A DNA stretch of 64,000 nucleotides, from positions 91,264,001 through 91,328,000 of the forward strand of contig OZ296650.1 of NCBI GenBank assembly GCA_965655095.1, given 5' to 3'. Below the pieces are notes generated by a model. The model searched no databases. It was not told the origin of the DNA and saw only the letters and a program-made list of their open reading frames with translations. Below, piece by piece: positions 25,501-40,500 of the stretch (positions are counted from its first letter, which is position 1; every line of letters starts with the position of its first letter). The DNA is from Haplodiscus bocki. Lineage: Eukaryota. The translations under genes were made by a program, and so were the position numbers.

Positions 25501-28500
25501 AGTTATCTCTAACCTTGTGTTCAAGAAGACCTTGTTTCTGCTGTTTCTCTCACTGCTTTCCCCTTTTTGACCATACGAATATTCTTTTCATCTACGTTAG
25601 CAGTCTACTTTTGTAGAAAACGTTGATTTCTTGGGAAATGTTCCGAATATCTGAGGTTTTTTGTCGAAAAATGTTTTGTTTCCAAAACGGCCGAAATTTG
25701 GTCAGTTTCTCGATTGTCAGAATTTTCAAAATTCTGTGCTGAATGTCAGTTTTTAGCAGCGCGTCCAGAGGAATGAAACGGGCGCAACATGTGCTTTCGA
25801 AGAACTGTGGAGTTTTTTTGGCTTTTTGGTGTTCTGAGACGTTTTTTTGTGCTATATTTGAACCAATATTGGCTAAAATTTCATTTTCACCTGAATTTTT
25901 GCACCTTTAGTTTCCTTATTAACTCTCTTTCCTCTGGGCCGAAGTAATGTGATGCAGAAGCACAAATACGGATAGGTAGACGAAGAAGTTTTGCAGTTGT
26001 TTTTCCGGGATTTTTTTGTTTTGAATTATTTTTCCATTTTTTGACTTGAGTGACGTTTTCCTGGTTGCGTTCTAATTTTGCTTTTCAGCTACAAGGGCAT
26101 CAAAATCCTTTAAGACGGGACAAATCCTTACTAAGTGCTAAATTTTTAAATCGGTCTGCTCAAAATTCGTCGTTTTTGGGTTTTCTAATCTGTACATTCA
26201 GCTAAACGTACGATTTTGGCATGCCTTTTCTCGTTGGTCCTGCAATTCATGTTTTTGAATATGATTTCAGCTAATCTCAACAGAAAGTGTTGCAATCTGA
26301 AATCTTCTGGTGTTTGAAGTTTTTGGCAGAGTGGTTCTTTTTGCGCTGCCTTTTCAGCTTTTTTGTTTCCTGGGTTCGTGAGCATTTTAGCTTATAGTTG
26401 TTCTTCTGTTCCCCAAGTAGGCCCTCTGTCTACATTGGCAGCAAGTACAGTTCAAACTCAATATCTACTGCTAAAAATATCTCGAGTTTAGGAAATGTGA
26501 GTTAATCTGCTATTTAAACCATGAGAGAGCCTTCTCTGCGCTATAGGGTGCTTATTCTTGCTATTGTTTTCAAGTGAAGTCCGGCAATAAAACAAGTTTT
26601 CTGTTTTTGTGAAGTTTTCATACTTTTTGCGGTCAGAAAAATTTTGCAGTCTTCAACAGAAACCCCAGAATTTGTTTTTAGTATGTCTGGCCAGTTTCAT
26701 TTTTTTACTGATGTAAAGTTCTGTTTCGATAAGTTTTCGTATAGCTTTCGAGAGCTTATCGCCGATATCTATACTTAGTGCTGTTGCAAATTGTTGGAAG
26801 AATGGCGGAATTTCTTGGGCCAGCTTCAGGACCCTATGCTTGGCCTCTGTGCAACACTAGAGGCTAGCAAGTCTTAAGGAGGCATTTCGTCAACCACTTT
26901 TTTCATCCGTTCAATACTTCTCCGTCGCAAAGTGTCCGTTTTCGATAGTGCTGAAATTCGTTCATGTCACGTTGTCACCTTTCGATTTTTTGTTTACGTG
27001 CCCCAATATCAGAGTACTTATTAAAGAAAAACGCTACGCTGGTCTTATGGATTTTCAGGGCTCAAATGCTTCCAATTTTCCTCTGGAAATTTTTCAATAT
27101 GTAGTTCGAAAATTAACGATGTTTTTACGGTCATCTTTCATTAAGGGTGGTCTTACACAAGACTTTCATTTGGCTTGCATTTTTTCGTCGGTGTTTTGAG
27201 TTTGCGCTACCTACCTAGTGGTCCTGTAGACGGGCAGTGATTAAATTTTCTAAGGAAAATTTTTGACCTGGATTTTTTTTGAGGTTGTTCGTGAGAATTG
27301 TTTTGCTCAATTACAACTGCTCGGATTGGGTCCATCTGGTGATGATTCAAGTAGTCGCTGCAGAAGTTTTTGGGCAAGTTACCGGGTAGGTTTGTTTGCA
27401 ATCATCTGCGATTATACTCTGAAATTGGTTTTTTAGAAATTAAGGTAACACAACTCAACGTCGCTTGTTAAGTGTTTTTCCTATTATATGATGGTCGGGC
27501 TGGGTGCATCCGGTAGTAGTTCAAATGTCTGTTACTAGGATTTCCTGGGTTGTTTCATTCCCAACGTTTTTTGTTAAATTTTGCAACTTTTTCTTCCGAA
27601 ATTGAGAATGCACAATCAAGAATCTGCAGAGAAGGAAAGATGTCTGGTTTCTTACTTTAGCGAAATCTCTCGACTCATGGTTCATGCATAGTTTTGGGAT
27701 TTTTTTAAATCCAAAATTTTTGCGTCTCCAAAGTTGTTTTTTCTCAAAAACTACTGGTCAGGGCATGTTCCTCCAGTTCTCATTCATGATCCTACACCAT
27801 AGGAAACGCCTGCAGAAACCGGGATGTACCGTCTCGTTTCCCTGCATGAGTTTTTTTGGCCTGTTGTCTGATTTTTGAAAAATTAATACTCCGCGTGTTT
27901 CTCGGAGGAAATTGGTGGTTGGATTGCGGCCATCTAGTGCTGATTCCAAATCCAGCAATGTAAGAAACCGGAGGAGTAGCTGGAAAGTCCTCTTTTTTGC
28001 ATATTTGTATTGTATTTCTTCTTCACTGGAATCTGTTTTTCACGACAACCAATAAAACCACTTTCGTCTGTTGGCATTTAGTCTCTGCTCTTGTTGACTG
28101 TAGTCGCAAGTGCCGCTTCGACGACCCTGTGTAAAGTAAGAAGTGCCTCTTTTGTGGTAGTATTGTTTGGTAAAACTCGCGGTGAAATATTCAGGAGAGG
28201 TTTTTCTGGCCATTTTTTGCCTGCTGTCGCAGAGGCAATTGATGGTTCGAACCATAGCGTAAACTAGAAAGCTCATGTTTTGCATTTTTGTTTCTTGATA
28301 CATGTTGATTCCTGGTTCGTGCTAGCACGGATATAAATAATTGAAGGTGGTAAGTCCAAAATAGTTGAAGGTTGTTCCTTGTGAGGTAGTATCCAGGAAA
28401 AGGTTTGGCCATTTCAAACGTCGGAAAGTTGTTTTTATTAGAGGTTACTTCAACCTGAGTGTTGAGGCTAGGGAGGATGGGCGCAACTTTAGGAGTGGCT

Positions 28501-31500
28501 GATGAACTTGAAATGGGGAAACGTTATCAGTTCTAATCCGCTGAAGTATCCTGATCTTATCTTTATCATGGCGAAGTGGTGGGGATGCAAGAAGTCACAA
28601 AAATCTAAGAATTCAAGGAAGCTTTTCCAACTTGGGTTTTGGAGTTGAGGAGCGAGGCCTTAGTGTTGGAAGTGGACCGACAAGTTTCAACTGGATTGAT
28701 TTCTAACAGACAGTAGTGTCATGCTGTAGTCAATGTCATGCTGTTTGAAGTTTTTGATTACTTTTCCCCTTAAAATAAAACGGTAATGGATGGTAGTCGT
28801 TACAAACATTCCCGATGCTCCTAAGTTTCTTAAATGGGCGTTCAAAAATTACTCGAAAGTATCAGCCTTGAGCGGTTTTGTTTGCCAGTGGTATTTTTTA
28901 GTACTTGCTGTTTATGTGGTATGGACTGTTTTGTAGAAGTTGAAATTGGATTGAAATAATCAATGGCCTCATGTCACTCGCTTACCTCTCCGGGCCTTGC
29001 TAAAAGTGTAGCCACAACGGGGATGGGGTGATCTATGGAATTTACTGTAGAAGTTATCACCATAAAAACACTTTCAATACGAAATTTTACCGCATTTGGT
29101 TGCTGGAATTTATTCTGTTTCTAAGCACGCGTCTTGTTGTAGTTGCTCAATGGTTTTTGATTCTTTCATAACACTGGCAAAACATCAGCTTAATACGGTC
29201 CACCTGCGTTTTTTCTCGTTCGTTGGCAATTCGCTCAAAATGTATGTGAACTGATTTTAGTCAAAATCAAAGTTTTTTCGGGCTGGTGTTCAATGACGAC
29301 AGCCATGTGCGCTTGAGTTTTATGATCGTCCGGTTTCGAATCCCACTTCGGTCGGAATTTTGGTAGCTTATTTCCCTTTCTCAGAGTATGGCATCTTCAT
29401 TGGAAGTACGAAATGTTTGTTTGAATCGGGAGAGATGTGATCTGCGTTGACGATTCTTTTCGCAAGTTCACTCCAAATTGAACTTTTCTCGATTCATGGA
29501 CTATTTTTGCTGAGATCCAATTTTTCAAGTTGAGCTTGTTCTTTGACCATTGACGGTGATTTTCGTTACTTTCGCTCGAGTTCATGCTTCTTTCTCTACG
29601 ACATCGGTATCGGTTGGAAATTGACAACGCTATCATCAAAAAAATTTAATCAAGAGTTTGGAAACATCGATAATTATCTCTAACCTTGTGTACAAGAAGA
29701 CCTTGTTTCTGCTGTTTCTCTCACTGCTTTCCCCTTTTTGGCCATACGAATAATCTTTTCAGCTACGTTAGCAGTCTACTTTTGTAGAAAACGTTGATTT
29801 CTTGGGAAACGTTCCGAATATCTGAGGTTTTTGTTGAAAGATGTTTTGTTTCCAAAATGGCCAAAATTTAGTCAGATTCTCGATTGTCAGAATTTTCAAA
29901 ATTCTGTTCTGAATGTCAGTTTTTGGCAGCGCGTCCAAAGGAATGAACGGGCGCAACATGTGCTTTCGAAGATCTGTGGAGTTTTTGTGGCTTTTTGGTT
30001 TTCTGACACATTTTTTTGTGCTATATTTGAACCAATATTGGCTAAAATTTCATTTTCACCTAAATTTTTGCACCTTTAATTTCCTTATTCACTCTTTCCT
30101 CTGGGCCGAAGTAATGTGATGCAGAAGCACAAATACGGATAAGTAGACGAAGAAGTTTTGCAGTTGTTTTTCTGGGATTTTTTTTGTTTTGAATTATTTT
30201 TCCATTTTTTGGCTTGAGTGAAACATTTTCCTGGTTGCGTTCTAGTTTTGCTTTTCAGCTACAAGGGCATCAAAATCCTTTAAGACGGGACATATCCTTA
30301 CTATGTGCTAGATTTTTAAATCCGTGTGCTCGAAATTCGTCGTTTTTGGGTTTTCTAATCTGTACATTCAGCTAAACATACGATTTTGGCATGCCTTTTC
30401 TCGTTGGTCCTGCAAATCATGTTTTTGAATATGACTTCAGCTAATCTCAATAGAAAGTGTTGAAATCTTAAATCTTCTGGTTTTTGAAGTTTTTGGCAAA
30501 GTGGTCCTTTTTGCGCTGCCTTTTCAGCTTTTTTGTTTCCTGGGTTCGTGAGCATTTTAGCTTATAGTTGTTCTTCTGTTCCCCAAGTAGGCCCTCTGTC
30601 TACATTGGCAGCAAGTACAGTTCAAACTCAATATTTACTGCTAAAAATATCTCAAGTTTAGGAAATGTGAGGTAATCTGCTATTTAAACCATGAGAGAGC
30701 CTTCTCTGCGCTATAGGGCGCTTATTCTTGCTATTGTTTTCAAGTGAAGTCTGGCAATAAAACAAGTTTTCTGTTTTTGTGAAGTTTTCATACTTTTTGC
30801 TGTCAGAAAAATTTTGCAGTCTTCAACAGAAACCCCAGAATTTGTTTTTAGTGTGTCTGGCCAGCTTCATTTTTTTACTGATGTAAAGTTCTGTTTCGAT
30901 AAGTTTTCATATGGCTTTCGAGAGCTTATCGCCGATATCTATACTTAGTGCTGTTGCAATTTCTCGGAAGAATGGCGGAACTTCTTGGGCCAGCTTCAGG
31001 ACCCTATGCTTGGCCTCTGTGCAACACTAGAGACTAGCAAGTCTGAAGGAGTCGTTTCGTCAACCACTTTTTTCATCCGTTCAATACTTCTCCGTCGCAA
31101 AGTGTGCGTTTTCGATAGTGCTGAAATTCGTTCATGTCACGTTGTTACCTTTCGATTTTTTGTATACTTGCCCCAATATCAGAGTACTTATTAAAGAAGA
31201 CCGCTACGCTGGTCTTATGGAGTTTCAGGGCTCAAATGCTTCCAATTTTCTTCTCGAAAATTTCCAATATGTAGTACGAAAATTAACGATGTTTTTACGG
31301 TCATCTTTCATTAAGGGTGGTCTTACACAAGACTTTCATTTGGCTTGCATTTTTTCGTCGGTGTTTTGAGTTTGCGCTACCTACCTAGTGGTCCTGTAGA
31401 CGGGCAGTGATTAACTTTTCTAACGAAAATTTCGACTTGGATTTTTTCTGGGGTTGTTCGTGAGAATTGTTTTGCTCAATTACAACTGCTCGGATTGGGT

Positions 31501-34500
31501 CCATCTGGTGATGATTCAAGTAGTCGCTGCAGAAGTTTTTGGGCAAGTTACCGGGTAGGTTTGTTTGCAATCATCGCCGATTATACTCTGAAGTTGGTTT
31601 TTGAGAATTTAAGGTAATAGAACTCAACGTGGCTTGTTAAGTGTTTTTCTTATTATCTGATGGTCGGGTTGAGTCCATCCGGTAGTAATTCGAATGTCTG
31701 TTACTAGGATTTCCTGGGTTGTTTCATTCCCAACCTTTATTGTGAGAATTTGCAACTTTTTCTTCCGAAAATGAATATGCACAATCAAGAATCTGCAGAG
31801 AAGGAAAGATGTCTGGTTTCTTCCTTTAGCGAAATATCTCGACTCATGGTTCATGCATAGTTTTGGGATTTTTTTAAATGCAAAATTTTTGCGTTTCCAA
31901 AGTTGTTTTTCTCAAAAACTACTGGTCAGGGTATGTTCCTGCAGTTCTCATTCATGATCCTACACCATAGGAAATGCCTGCAGAAACCGGGATGTACCGT
32001 CTCGTTTCCCTGCATGAGTTTTTTTGGCCTGTTGTCTGATTTTTGAAAAATTAATACTCCGCGTGTTTTTCGGAGGAAATTGGTGGTTGGATTGCGGCCA
32101 TCTTAAGCTCATTCCAAATCCAGCAAAGTGCGAAACCGGCGGAGTAGCTGGGAAGTAGCTCTTTTTTTGCAGATCTATGTATTATTTCTTCTTCACTGGA
32201 TTCTGTTTTTCACGACAATCAATAAAACCATTTTCGTCTGTTGGCTTTTAGTCTCTGCTCTTGCTGACTGTAGTCGCAAGTGCCGCTTCGACGACCCTGT
32301 GTAGAGTATGAAGTGCCTCTTTTGTAGCAGTATTGTTTCGTAAAACTCGCGGTGAAATAATCAGGAGAGGTTTTTCTGGCCATTTTTTGCCTGCTGTCGC
32401 AGAGGCAATTGATTGTTCGAACCATAGCGTAAACTAGTAAGCTCATGTTTTGCATTTTTGTTTCTTGATACATGTTGATTCCTGGTTAGTGCTAGCACGG
32501 ATATAAATAATTGAAGGTGGTAAGTCGAAAATAGTTGAAGGTTGTTCCTTGTGAGGTAGTATCCAGGAAAAGGTTTGGCCATTTCAAATGTCGGAAAGTT
32601 GTTTTTATTAGAGGTTACTTCAACCTGAGTCTTGAGGCTAGGGAGGATGGGCGCAACTTTAGGAGTGGCTGATGAACTTGAAATGGGGAAACGTTATGAG
32701 ATCTAATCCGCTGAAGTATGCTGATCTTATCTTTACCATGGCGAAGTTGTGGGGATGCAAGAAGTCACAAAAATCTAAGAATTCAAGGAAGCTTTTCCAA
32801 CTTGGGTTTTGGAGTTGAGGAGCGAGGCCTTAGTGTTGGAAGTGGACCGACAAGTTTCAACTGGATTGATTTCTAACAGACAGTAATGTCTGGTCAAACG
32901 ACCAGTCAATGTCTTGTTGTTTGAAGTTTCTGATTACTTTTCCCCTTAAATTAAAACGGTAATGGATGGTAGTCGTTACAAACATTCCCGATGCGCCCAA
33001 GTTTCTTAGATGGGCGTTCAAAAATTACTCGTGAGTATCAGCCTTGAGCGGCTTTGTTTGCCAGTGGTATTTTTGTAATACTTGCTGTTTATGTGGTATG
33101 GACTGTTTTGTAGAAGTTGAGATTGGATTGAAATAATCAATGGCCTCATGTCACTCGCTTACTTCTCCGGGCCTTGCTAAAAGTGTAGCCACAATGGGGG
33201 TGGGGTGATCTATGGAATTTGCTGTAGAAGTTTTTCCCATAAAAACACTTTCAATACGAAATTTTACCGCAATTGGTTGCTGGAATTTATTCCGTTTCTA
33301 AGCAGGCGTCTTGTTGTAGTTGCTCAATGGTTTTTGATTCTTTCATAACACTGGCAAAACATCAGCTTAATACGGTCCACCTGCGTTTTTTCTCGTTTGT
33401 TGGCAATTCGCACAAAATGTATGTGAACTGATTTTAGTCAAAATCAAAGATCTTTTGGGCTGGTTTTCAATGACGACAGCCATGTGCGCTTGAGTTTTAT
33501 GATCGTCCGGTTTCGAATCCCACGTCGGTCGAAATTTTGGTCGCTTATTTCCCTTTCTCAGAGTATGGCATCTTCATTGGAAATACGAAATATTTGTTTG
33601 AATCGGGAGAGATGTGATCTGCGTTGACGATTCTTTTCGCAAGTTCACTCCAAATTGAACTTTTCTCGATTCATGAACTATTTTCGCTGAGATTCAATTT
33701 TTCAAGTTGAGCTTGTTCTTTGACCATTGACGGTGATTTTCGTTACTTTCGCTCGAGTTCATGCTTCTTTCTCTACGACATCGGTATCGGTTGGAAATTG
33801 ACAACGCTATCATCAAAAAAATTTACCAAAGAGTTTGGAAACATCGATAATTATCTCTAACCTTGTGTACAAGAAGACCTTGTTTCTGCTGTTTCTCTCT
33901 TTGCTTTCCCCTTTTTGGCCATACGAATAATCTTTTCAGCTACGTTAGCAGTCTAATTTTGTAGAAAACGTTGATTTCTTGGGAAATGTTCCGAATATCT
34001 GAGGTTTTTGTTGAAAGATGTTTTGTTTCCAAAATGGCCAAAATTTAGTCAGTTTTTCGATTGTCAGAATAATCAAAATTCTGTTCTGAATGTCAGTTTT
34101 TAACAGCGCGTCCAAAGAAATGAAACGGGGGCAACATATGCTTTTGAAGATCTGTGGAGTTTTGTGGCTTTTGCGTTTTCTGACACATTTTTTTGTGCTA
34201 TATTTGAACCAGTATTGGCTAAAATTTCATTTTCACCTAAATTTTTGCACCTTTACTTTCCTTATTCACTCTCTTTCCTCTGGGCCGAAGTAATGTGATG
34301 CAGAAGCACAAATACGGATAAGTATACGAAGAAGTTTTGCAGTTGTTTTTCTGGGATTTTTTTGGTTTTGAATTATTTTTCCATTTTTTGGCTTGAGTGA
34401 AACATTTTCCTGGTTGCGTTCTAATTTTGCTTTTCAGCTACAAGGGCATCAAAATCCTTTAAGACGGGACATATCCTTACTAAGTGCTAGATTTTTAAAT

Positions 34501-37500
34501 CCGTCTGCTCGAAATTCGTCGTTTTTGGGTTTTCTAATCTGTACATTCAGCTAAACATACGATTTTGGCATGCCTTTTCTCGTTGGTCCTGCAAATCATG
34601 TTTTTGAATATGACTTCAGCTAATCTCAATAGAAAGTGTTGCAATCTGAAATCTTCTGGTTTTTGAAGTTTTTGGCAAAGTGGTTATTTTTGCGCTGCCA
34701 TTTCAGCATTTTTGTTTCCTGCGATCGTGAGCTTTTTAGCTTATAGTTGTTCTTCTGTTCCCCAAGTAGGCCCTCTGTCTACATTTGCAGCAAGGACAGT
34801 TCAAACTCAATATTTACTGCTAAAAATATCTCGTTTAGGAAATGTGAGGTAATCTGCTATTTAAACCATAAGAGAGCCTTCTCTGCGCTATAGGGTGCTT
34901 ATTCTTGCTATTGTTTTCAAGTGAAGTTTGGCAATAAAACAAGTTTTCTGTTTTTGTGAAGTTTCCATACTTTTTGCTGTCAGAAAAGTTTTGCAGTCTT
35001 CAACACAAACCCCAGATTTTGTTTTTAGTATGCTCGCCAGTTTCATTTTTTTACTGATGTAAAGTTCTGTTTCGATAAGTTTTCATATGGCTTTCGAGAG
35101 CTTATCGCCGATATCTATACTTAGTGCTGTTGCAAATTCTCGGAAGAATGACGGAATTTCTTGGGCGAGCTTCAGCACCCTATGCTTGGCCTCTGTGCAA
35201 CACTAGAGACTAGCAAGTCTTACGGAGTCGTTTCGTCAACCACTTTTTTCATCCGTTCAATACTTCTCCGTCGCAGAGTGTGCGTTTTTGATAGTGCTGA
35301 AATTTGTTCATGTCACGTTGTTACCTTTCGATTTTTTGTTTACTTGCCCCAATATCAGAGTACTTTTTAAAGAAGACCGCTACGGTGGTCTTATGGAGTT
35401 TCAGGGCTCAAATGCTTCCAATTTTCCTCTCGAAAATTTTCAGTGTGTAGTTCGAAAATTAACGATGTTCTTACGGTCATCTTTCATTAAGGGTGGTCTT
35501 ACACAAGACTTTCATTTGGCTTGCATTTTTTCGTCGGTGTTTTGAGTTTGCGCTACCTACCTGGTGGTCCTGTAGACGGGCAGTGATTAACTTTTCTAAC
35601 GAAAATTTTGACTTGGATTTGTTCTGGGGTTGTTCGTGAGAATTGTTTCGCTCAATTACAACTGCTCGGATTGGGTCCATCTGGTGATGATTCAAGTAGT
35701 CGCTGCAGAAGTTTTTGGGCAAGTTACCGGGTAGGTTTGTTTGCAATCATCGCCGATTATACTCTGAATTTGGTTTTTGAGAAATTAAGGTAATACAACT
35801 CAACATGGCTTGTTAAGTGTTTATCTTATTATCTGATGGTCGGGCTGGGTCCATCCGGTACTAATTCGAATGTCTGTTACTAGGATTTCCTGGGTTGTTT
35901 CATTCCCAACCTTTTTTGTTAAATTTTGCAACTTTTTCTTCCGAAAATGAAGAGTTTTTAACTTGCCCGTTGTTTCTGTTAACGACCACTAGTAATTATT
36001 CTTCGGACTTCAATTATCCACTTTTCATTTGGAAGATATGCACAATCAAGAATCTGCAGAGAAGGAAAGATGTCTGGTTTCTTACTTTAGCGAAATCTCT
36101 CGACTCATGGTTCATGCATAGTTTTGGGATTTTTTTGAATCCAAATTTTTTGCGTCTCCAAAGTTGTTTTTCTCAAAAACTACTGGTCAGGGTATGTTCC
36201 TCCAATTCTCATTCATGATCCTACATCATAGGAAATGCCAGGAGGAACCGGGATGTACCGTCTCGTTTCCCTGCATGAATTTTTTTGGCCTGTTGTCTGA
36301 TTTTTGAAAAATTAATACTCCGCGTCTTTCTCGGAGGAAATTGGTGGTTGGATTGCGGCCATCTTGTGCTCATTCCAAATCCAGCAAAGTACGAAACCGG
36401 TGGAGTAGCTGGAAAGTAGCTCTTTTTTGCAGATCTGTGTTTTATTTCTTCTTCACTGGAATCTGTTTTTCACGACAATCAATAAAACCATTTTCGTCTG
36501 TTGGCATTTAGTCTCTGCTCTTGCTGACTGTAGTCGCAAGTGCCGCTTCGACGACCCTGTGTAGAGTATGAAGTGCCTCTTTTGTAGCAGTATTGTTTCG
36601 TAAAACTCGCGGTGAAATGATCAGGAGAGGTTTTTTGGCCATTTTTTGCCTGCTGTCGCAGAGGCAATTGATTGTTCGAACCATAGCGTAAACTAGTAAG
36701 CTCATGTTTTGCATTTTTGTTTCTTGATACATGTTGATTCCTGATTCGTACTAGCACGGATATAAATAATTGAAGGTGGTAAGTCGAAAGTAGTTGAAGG
36801 TTGAGATCCTGTTCTTGTGAGGTAGTATCCAGGAAATGGTTTGGCCATTTCAAACGTCGGAAAGTTGTTTTTATTAGAGGTTGCTTCAACCTGAGTGTTG
36901 AGGCTAGGGAGGATCGGCGCAACTTTAGGAGTGGCTGATGAACTTGAAATGGGGAAACGTTATCAGATCTAATCCGCTGAAGTATCCTGATCTTATCTTT
37001 ACCATGGCGAAGTTGTGGGGATGCAAGAAGTCACAAAAATCTAAGAATTCAAAGCTTATTCTAAGGAAGCTTTTCCAACTTGGGTTTTGGAGTTGAGGAG
37101 CGAGGCCTTAGTGTTGGAAGTGGACCGACAAGTTTCAACTGGATTGATTTCTAACAGACAGTAATGTCTGGTCAAACGACCAGTCAATGTCATGTTGTTT
37201 GAAGTTTCTGATTACTTTTCCCCTTAAATTAAAACGGTAATGGATGGTAGTCGTTACAAACATTCCCGATGCGCGCAAGTTTCTTAAATGGGAGTTCAAA
37301 AATTACTCGTGAGTATCAGCCTTGAGCGGCTTTGTTTGCCAGTGGTATTTTTTTAATACTTGCTGTTTATGTGGTAACAAATGCTTTGTAGAAGTTGAAA
37401 TTGGATTGAAATAATCGATGGCCTCATGTCACTCGCTTACCTCTCCGGGCCTGCTTGAAGTGTAGTCACAATGTGGGTGGGGTGATCTATGGAATTTGCT

Positions 37501-40500
37501 GTAGAAGTTTTTCCCATAAAAACACTTTCAATACGAAATTTTACCGCAATTGGTTGCTGGAATTTATTCCGTTTCTAAGCACGCGTCTTGTTGTAGTTGC
37601 TCAATGGTTTTTGATTCTTTCATAACACTGGCAAAACATCAGCTTAATACGGTCCACCTGCGATTTTCTCGTTCGTTGGCAATTCGCTCAAAATGTATGT
37701 GAACTGATTTTAGTCAAAATCAAAGATCTTTTGGGCTGGTGTTCAATGACGACAGCCATGTGCGCTTGAGTTTTATGATCCTCCGGTTTCGAATCCCACG
37801 TCGGTCGAAATTTTGGTCGCTTATTTCCCTTTCTCAGAGTATGGCATCTTCATTGGAAATACGAAATATTTGTTTGAATCGGGAGAGATGTGATCTGCGT
37901 TGACGATTCTTTTCGCAAGTTCACTCCAAATTGAACTTTTCTCGATTCATGGACTATTTTTGCTGAGATTCAATTTTTCAAGTTGAGCTTATTCTTTGAC
38001 CCTTGACGGTGATTTTCGTTACTTTCGCTCGATTTCATGCTTCTTTGTCTACGACATCGGTATCGGTTGGAAATTGACAACGCTATCATCAAAAAAATTT
38101 AATCAAGAGTTTGGAAACATCGATAATTATCTCTAACTTTGTGTACAAGAAGACCTTGTTTTTGGTGTTTCTCTCACTGCTTTCCCCTTTTTGGCCATAC
38201 GAATATTCTTTTCATCTACGTTAGCAGTCTACTTTTGTAGAAAACGTTGATTTCTTGGGAAATGTTCCGAATATCTGAGGTTTTTTGTCGAAAAATGTTT
38301 TGTTTCCAAAACGGCCGAAATTTGGTCAGTTTCTCGATTGTCAGAATTTTCAAAATTCTGTTCTGAATGTCAGTTTTTGGCAGCGCGTCCAAAGGAATGA
38401 ACGGGCGCAACATGTGCTTTCGAAGATCTGTGGAGTTTTTGTGGCTTTTTGGTTTTCTGACACATTTTTTTGTGCTATATTTGAACCAATATTGGCTAAA
38501 ATTTCATTTTCACCTAAATTTTCGCACCTTTAGTTTCCTTATTAACTCTCTTTCCTCTGGGCCGAAGTAATGTGATGCAGAAGCACAAATACGGATAAGT
38601 AGACGAAGAAGTTTTGCAGTTGTTTTTCTGGGATTTTTTTTGTTTTGAATTATTTTTCCATTTTTTGGCTTGAGTGAAACATTTTCCTGGTTGCGTTCTA
38701 GTTTTGCTTTTCAGCTACAAGGGCATCAAAATCCTTTAAGACGGGACATATCCTTACTATGTGCTAGATTTTTAAATCCGTGTGCTCGAAATTCGTCGTT
38801 TTTGGGTTTTCTAATCTGTACATTCAGCTAAACATACGATTTTGGCATGCCTTTTCTCATTGGTCCTGCAAATCATGTTTTTGAATATGACTTCAGCTAA
38901 TCTCAATAGAAAGTGTTGCAATCTGAAATCTTCTGGTTTTTGGCAAAGTGATTCTTTTTGCGCTGCCTTTTCAGCATTTTTGTTTCCTGCGTTCGTGAGC
39001 ATTTCAGCTTATAGTTGTTCTTCTGTTCCCCAAGTAGGCCCTCTGTCTACATTTGCAGCAAGTACAGTTCAAACTCAATATTTACTGCTAAAAATATCTC
39101 GAGTTTAGGAAATGTGAGGTAATCTGCTATTTAAACCATAAGAGAGCCTTCTCTGCGCTATAGGGTGCTTATTCTTGCTATTGTTTTCAAGTGAAGTCTG
39201 GCAATAAAACAAGTTTCCTGTTTTTGTGAAGTTTTCATACTTTTTGCGGTCAGAAAAATTTTGCAGTCTTCAACACAAACCCCAGAATTTGTTTTTAGTA
39301 TGCTCGCCAGTTTCATTTTTTTACTGATGTAAAGTTCTGTTTCGATAAGTTTTCATATAGCTTTCGAGAGCTTATCGCCGATATCTATACTTAGTGCTGT
39401 GGCAAATTCTCGGAAGAATGGCGGAATATCTTGGGCCAGCTTCAGGGCCCTATGCTTGGCCTCTGTGCAACACTAGAGACTAGCAAGTCTTAAGGAGTCG
39501 TTTCGTCAACCACTTTTTTCATCCGTTCAATACTTCTCCGTCGCAGAGTGTGCTTTTTTGATAGTGCTGAAATTTGTTCATGTCACGTTGTTACCTTTCA
39601 AATTTTTGTTTACTTGCCCCAGTATCAGAGTACTTATTAAAGAAGACCGCTACGCTGGTCTTATGGAGTTTCAGGGCTCAAATGCTTCCAATTTTCCTCT
39701 CGAAAATTTTCAATTTGTAGTTCGAAAATTAAGGATGTTTTTATGGTCATCTTTCATTAAGGGTGGTCTTACACAAGACTTTCATTTGGCTTGTATTTTT
39801 TCGTCGGTGTTTTGCGTTTGCGCTACCTACCTAGTGGTCCTGTAGACGGGCAGTGATTAACTTTTCTAACGAAATTTTTTGACTTGGATTTTTTCTGGGG
39901 TTGTTCTTGAGATTTGTTTTGTTCAATTACAACTGCTCGGATTGGGTCCATCTGGTGATGATTCAAGTAGTCGCTGCAGAAGTTTTTGGGCAAGTTACCG
40001 GGTAGGTTTGTTTGCAATCATCTCCGATTATACTCTGAATTTGGTTTTTGAGAAATTAAGATAATACAACTCAACGTGGCTTGTTAAGTGTTTTTCCTAT
40101 TATCTGATGGTCGGGCTGCGTCCATCCGGTAGTAATTCAAATGACTGTTACTAGGATTTCCTGGGTTGTTTCATTTCCAATTTTTATTGCGAGTTTTTGC
40201 AACTTTTTCTTCCGAAATTGAAGCGTTTTTAACTTGCCCGATGTTCCTGTTAACGACCACTAGTAAATATTCTTCGGACTTCAATTATCCACTTTCCATT
40301 TGGAAGATATGCACAATCAAGAATCTGCAGAGAAGGAAAGGTGTCGGGTTTCTTACTTTAGCGAAATCTCTCGACTCATGGTTCATGCCCAGTTTTGGGA
40401 TTCTTTTAAATCCAAAATTTTTGCGTCTCCAAAGTTGTTTTTCTCAAAAACTACTGGTCAGGGTTTGTTCCTCCAATTCTCATTCATGATCCTACACCAT

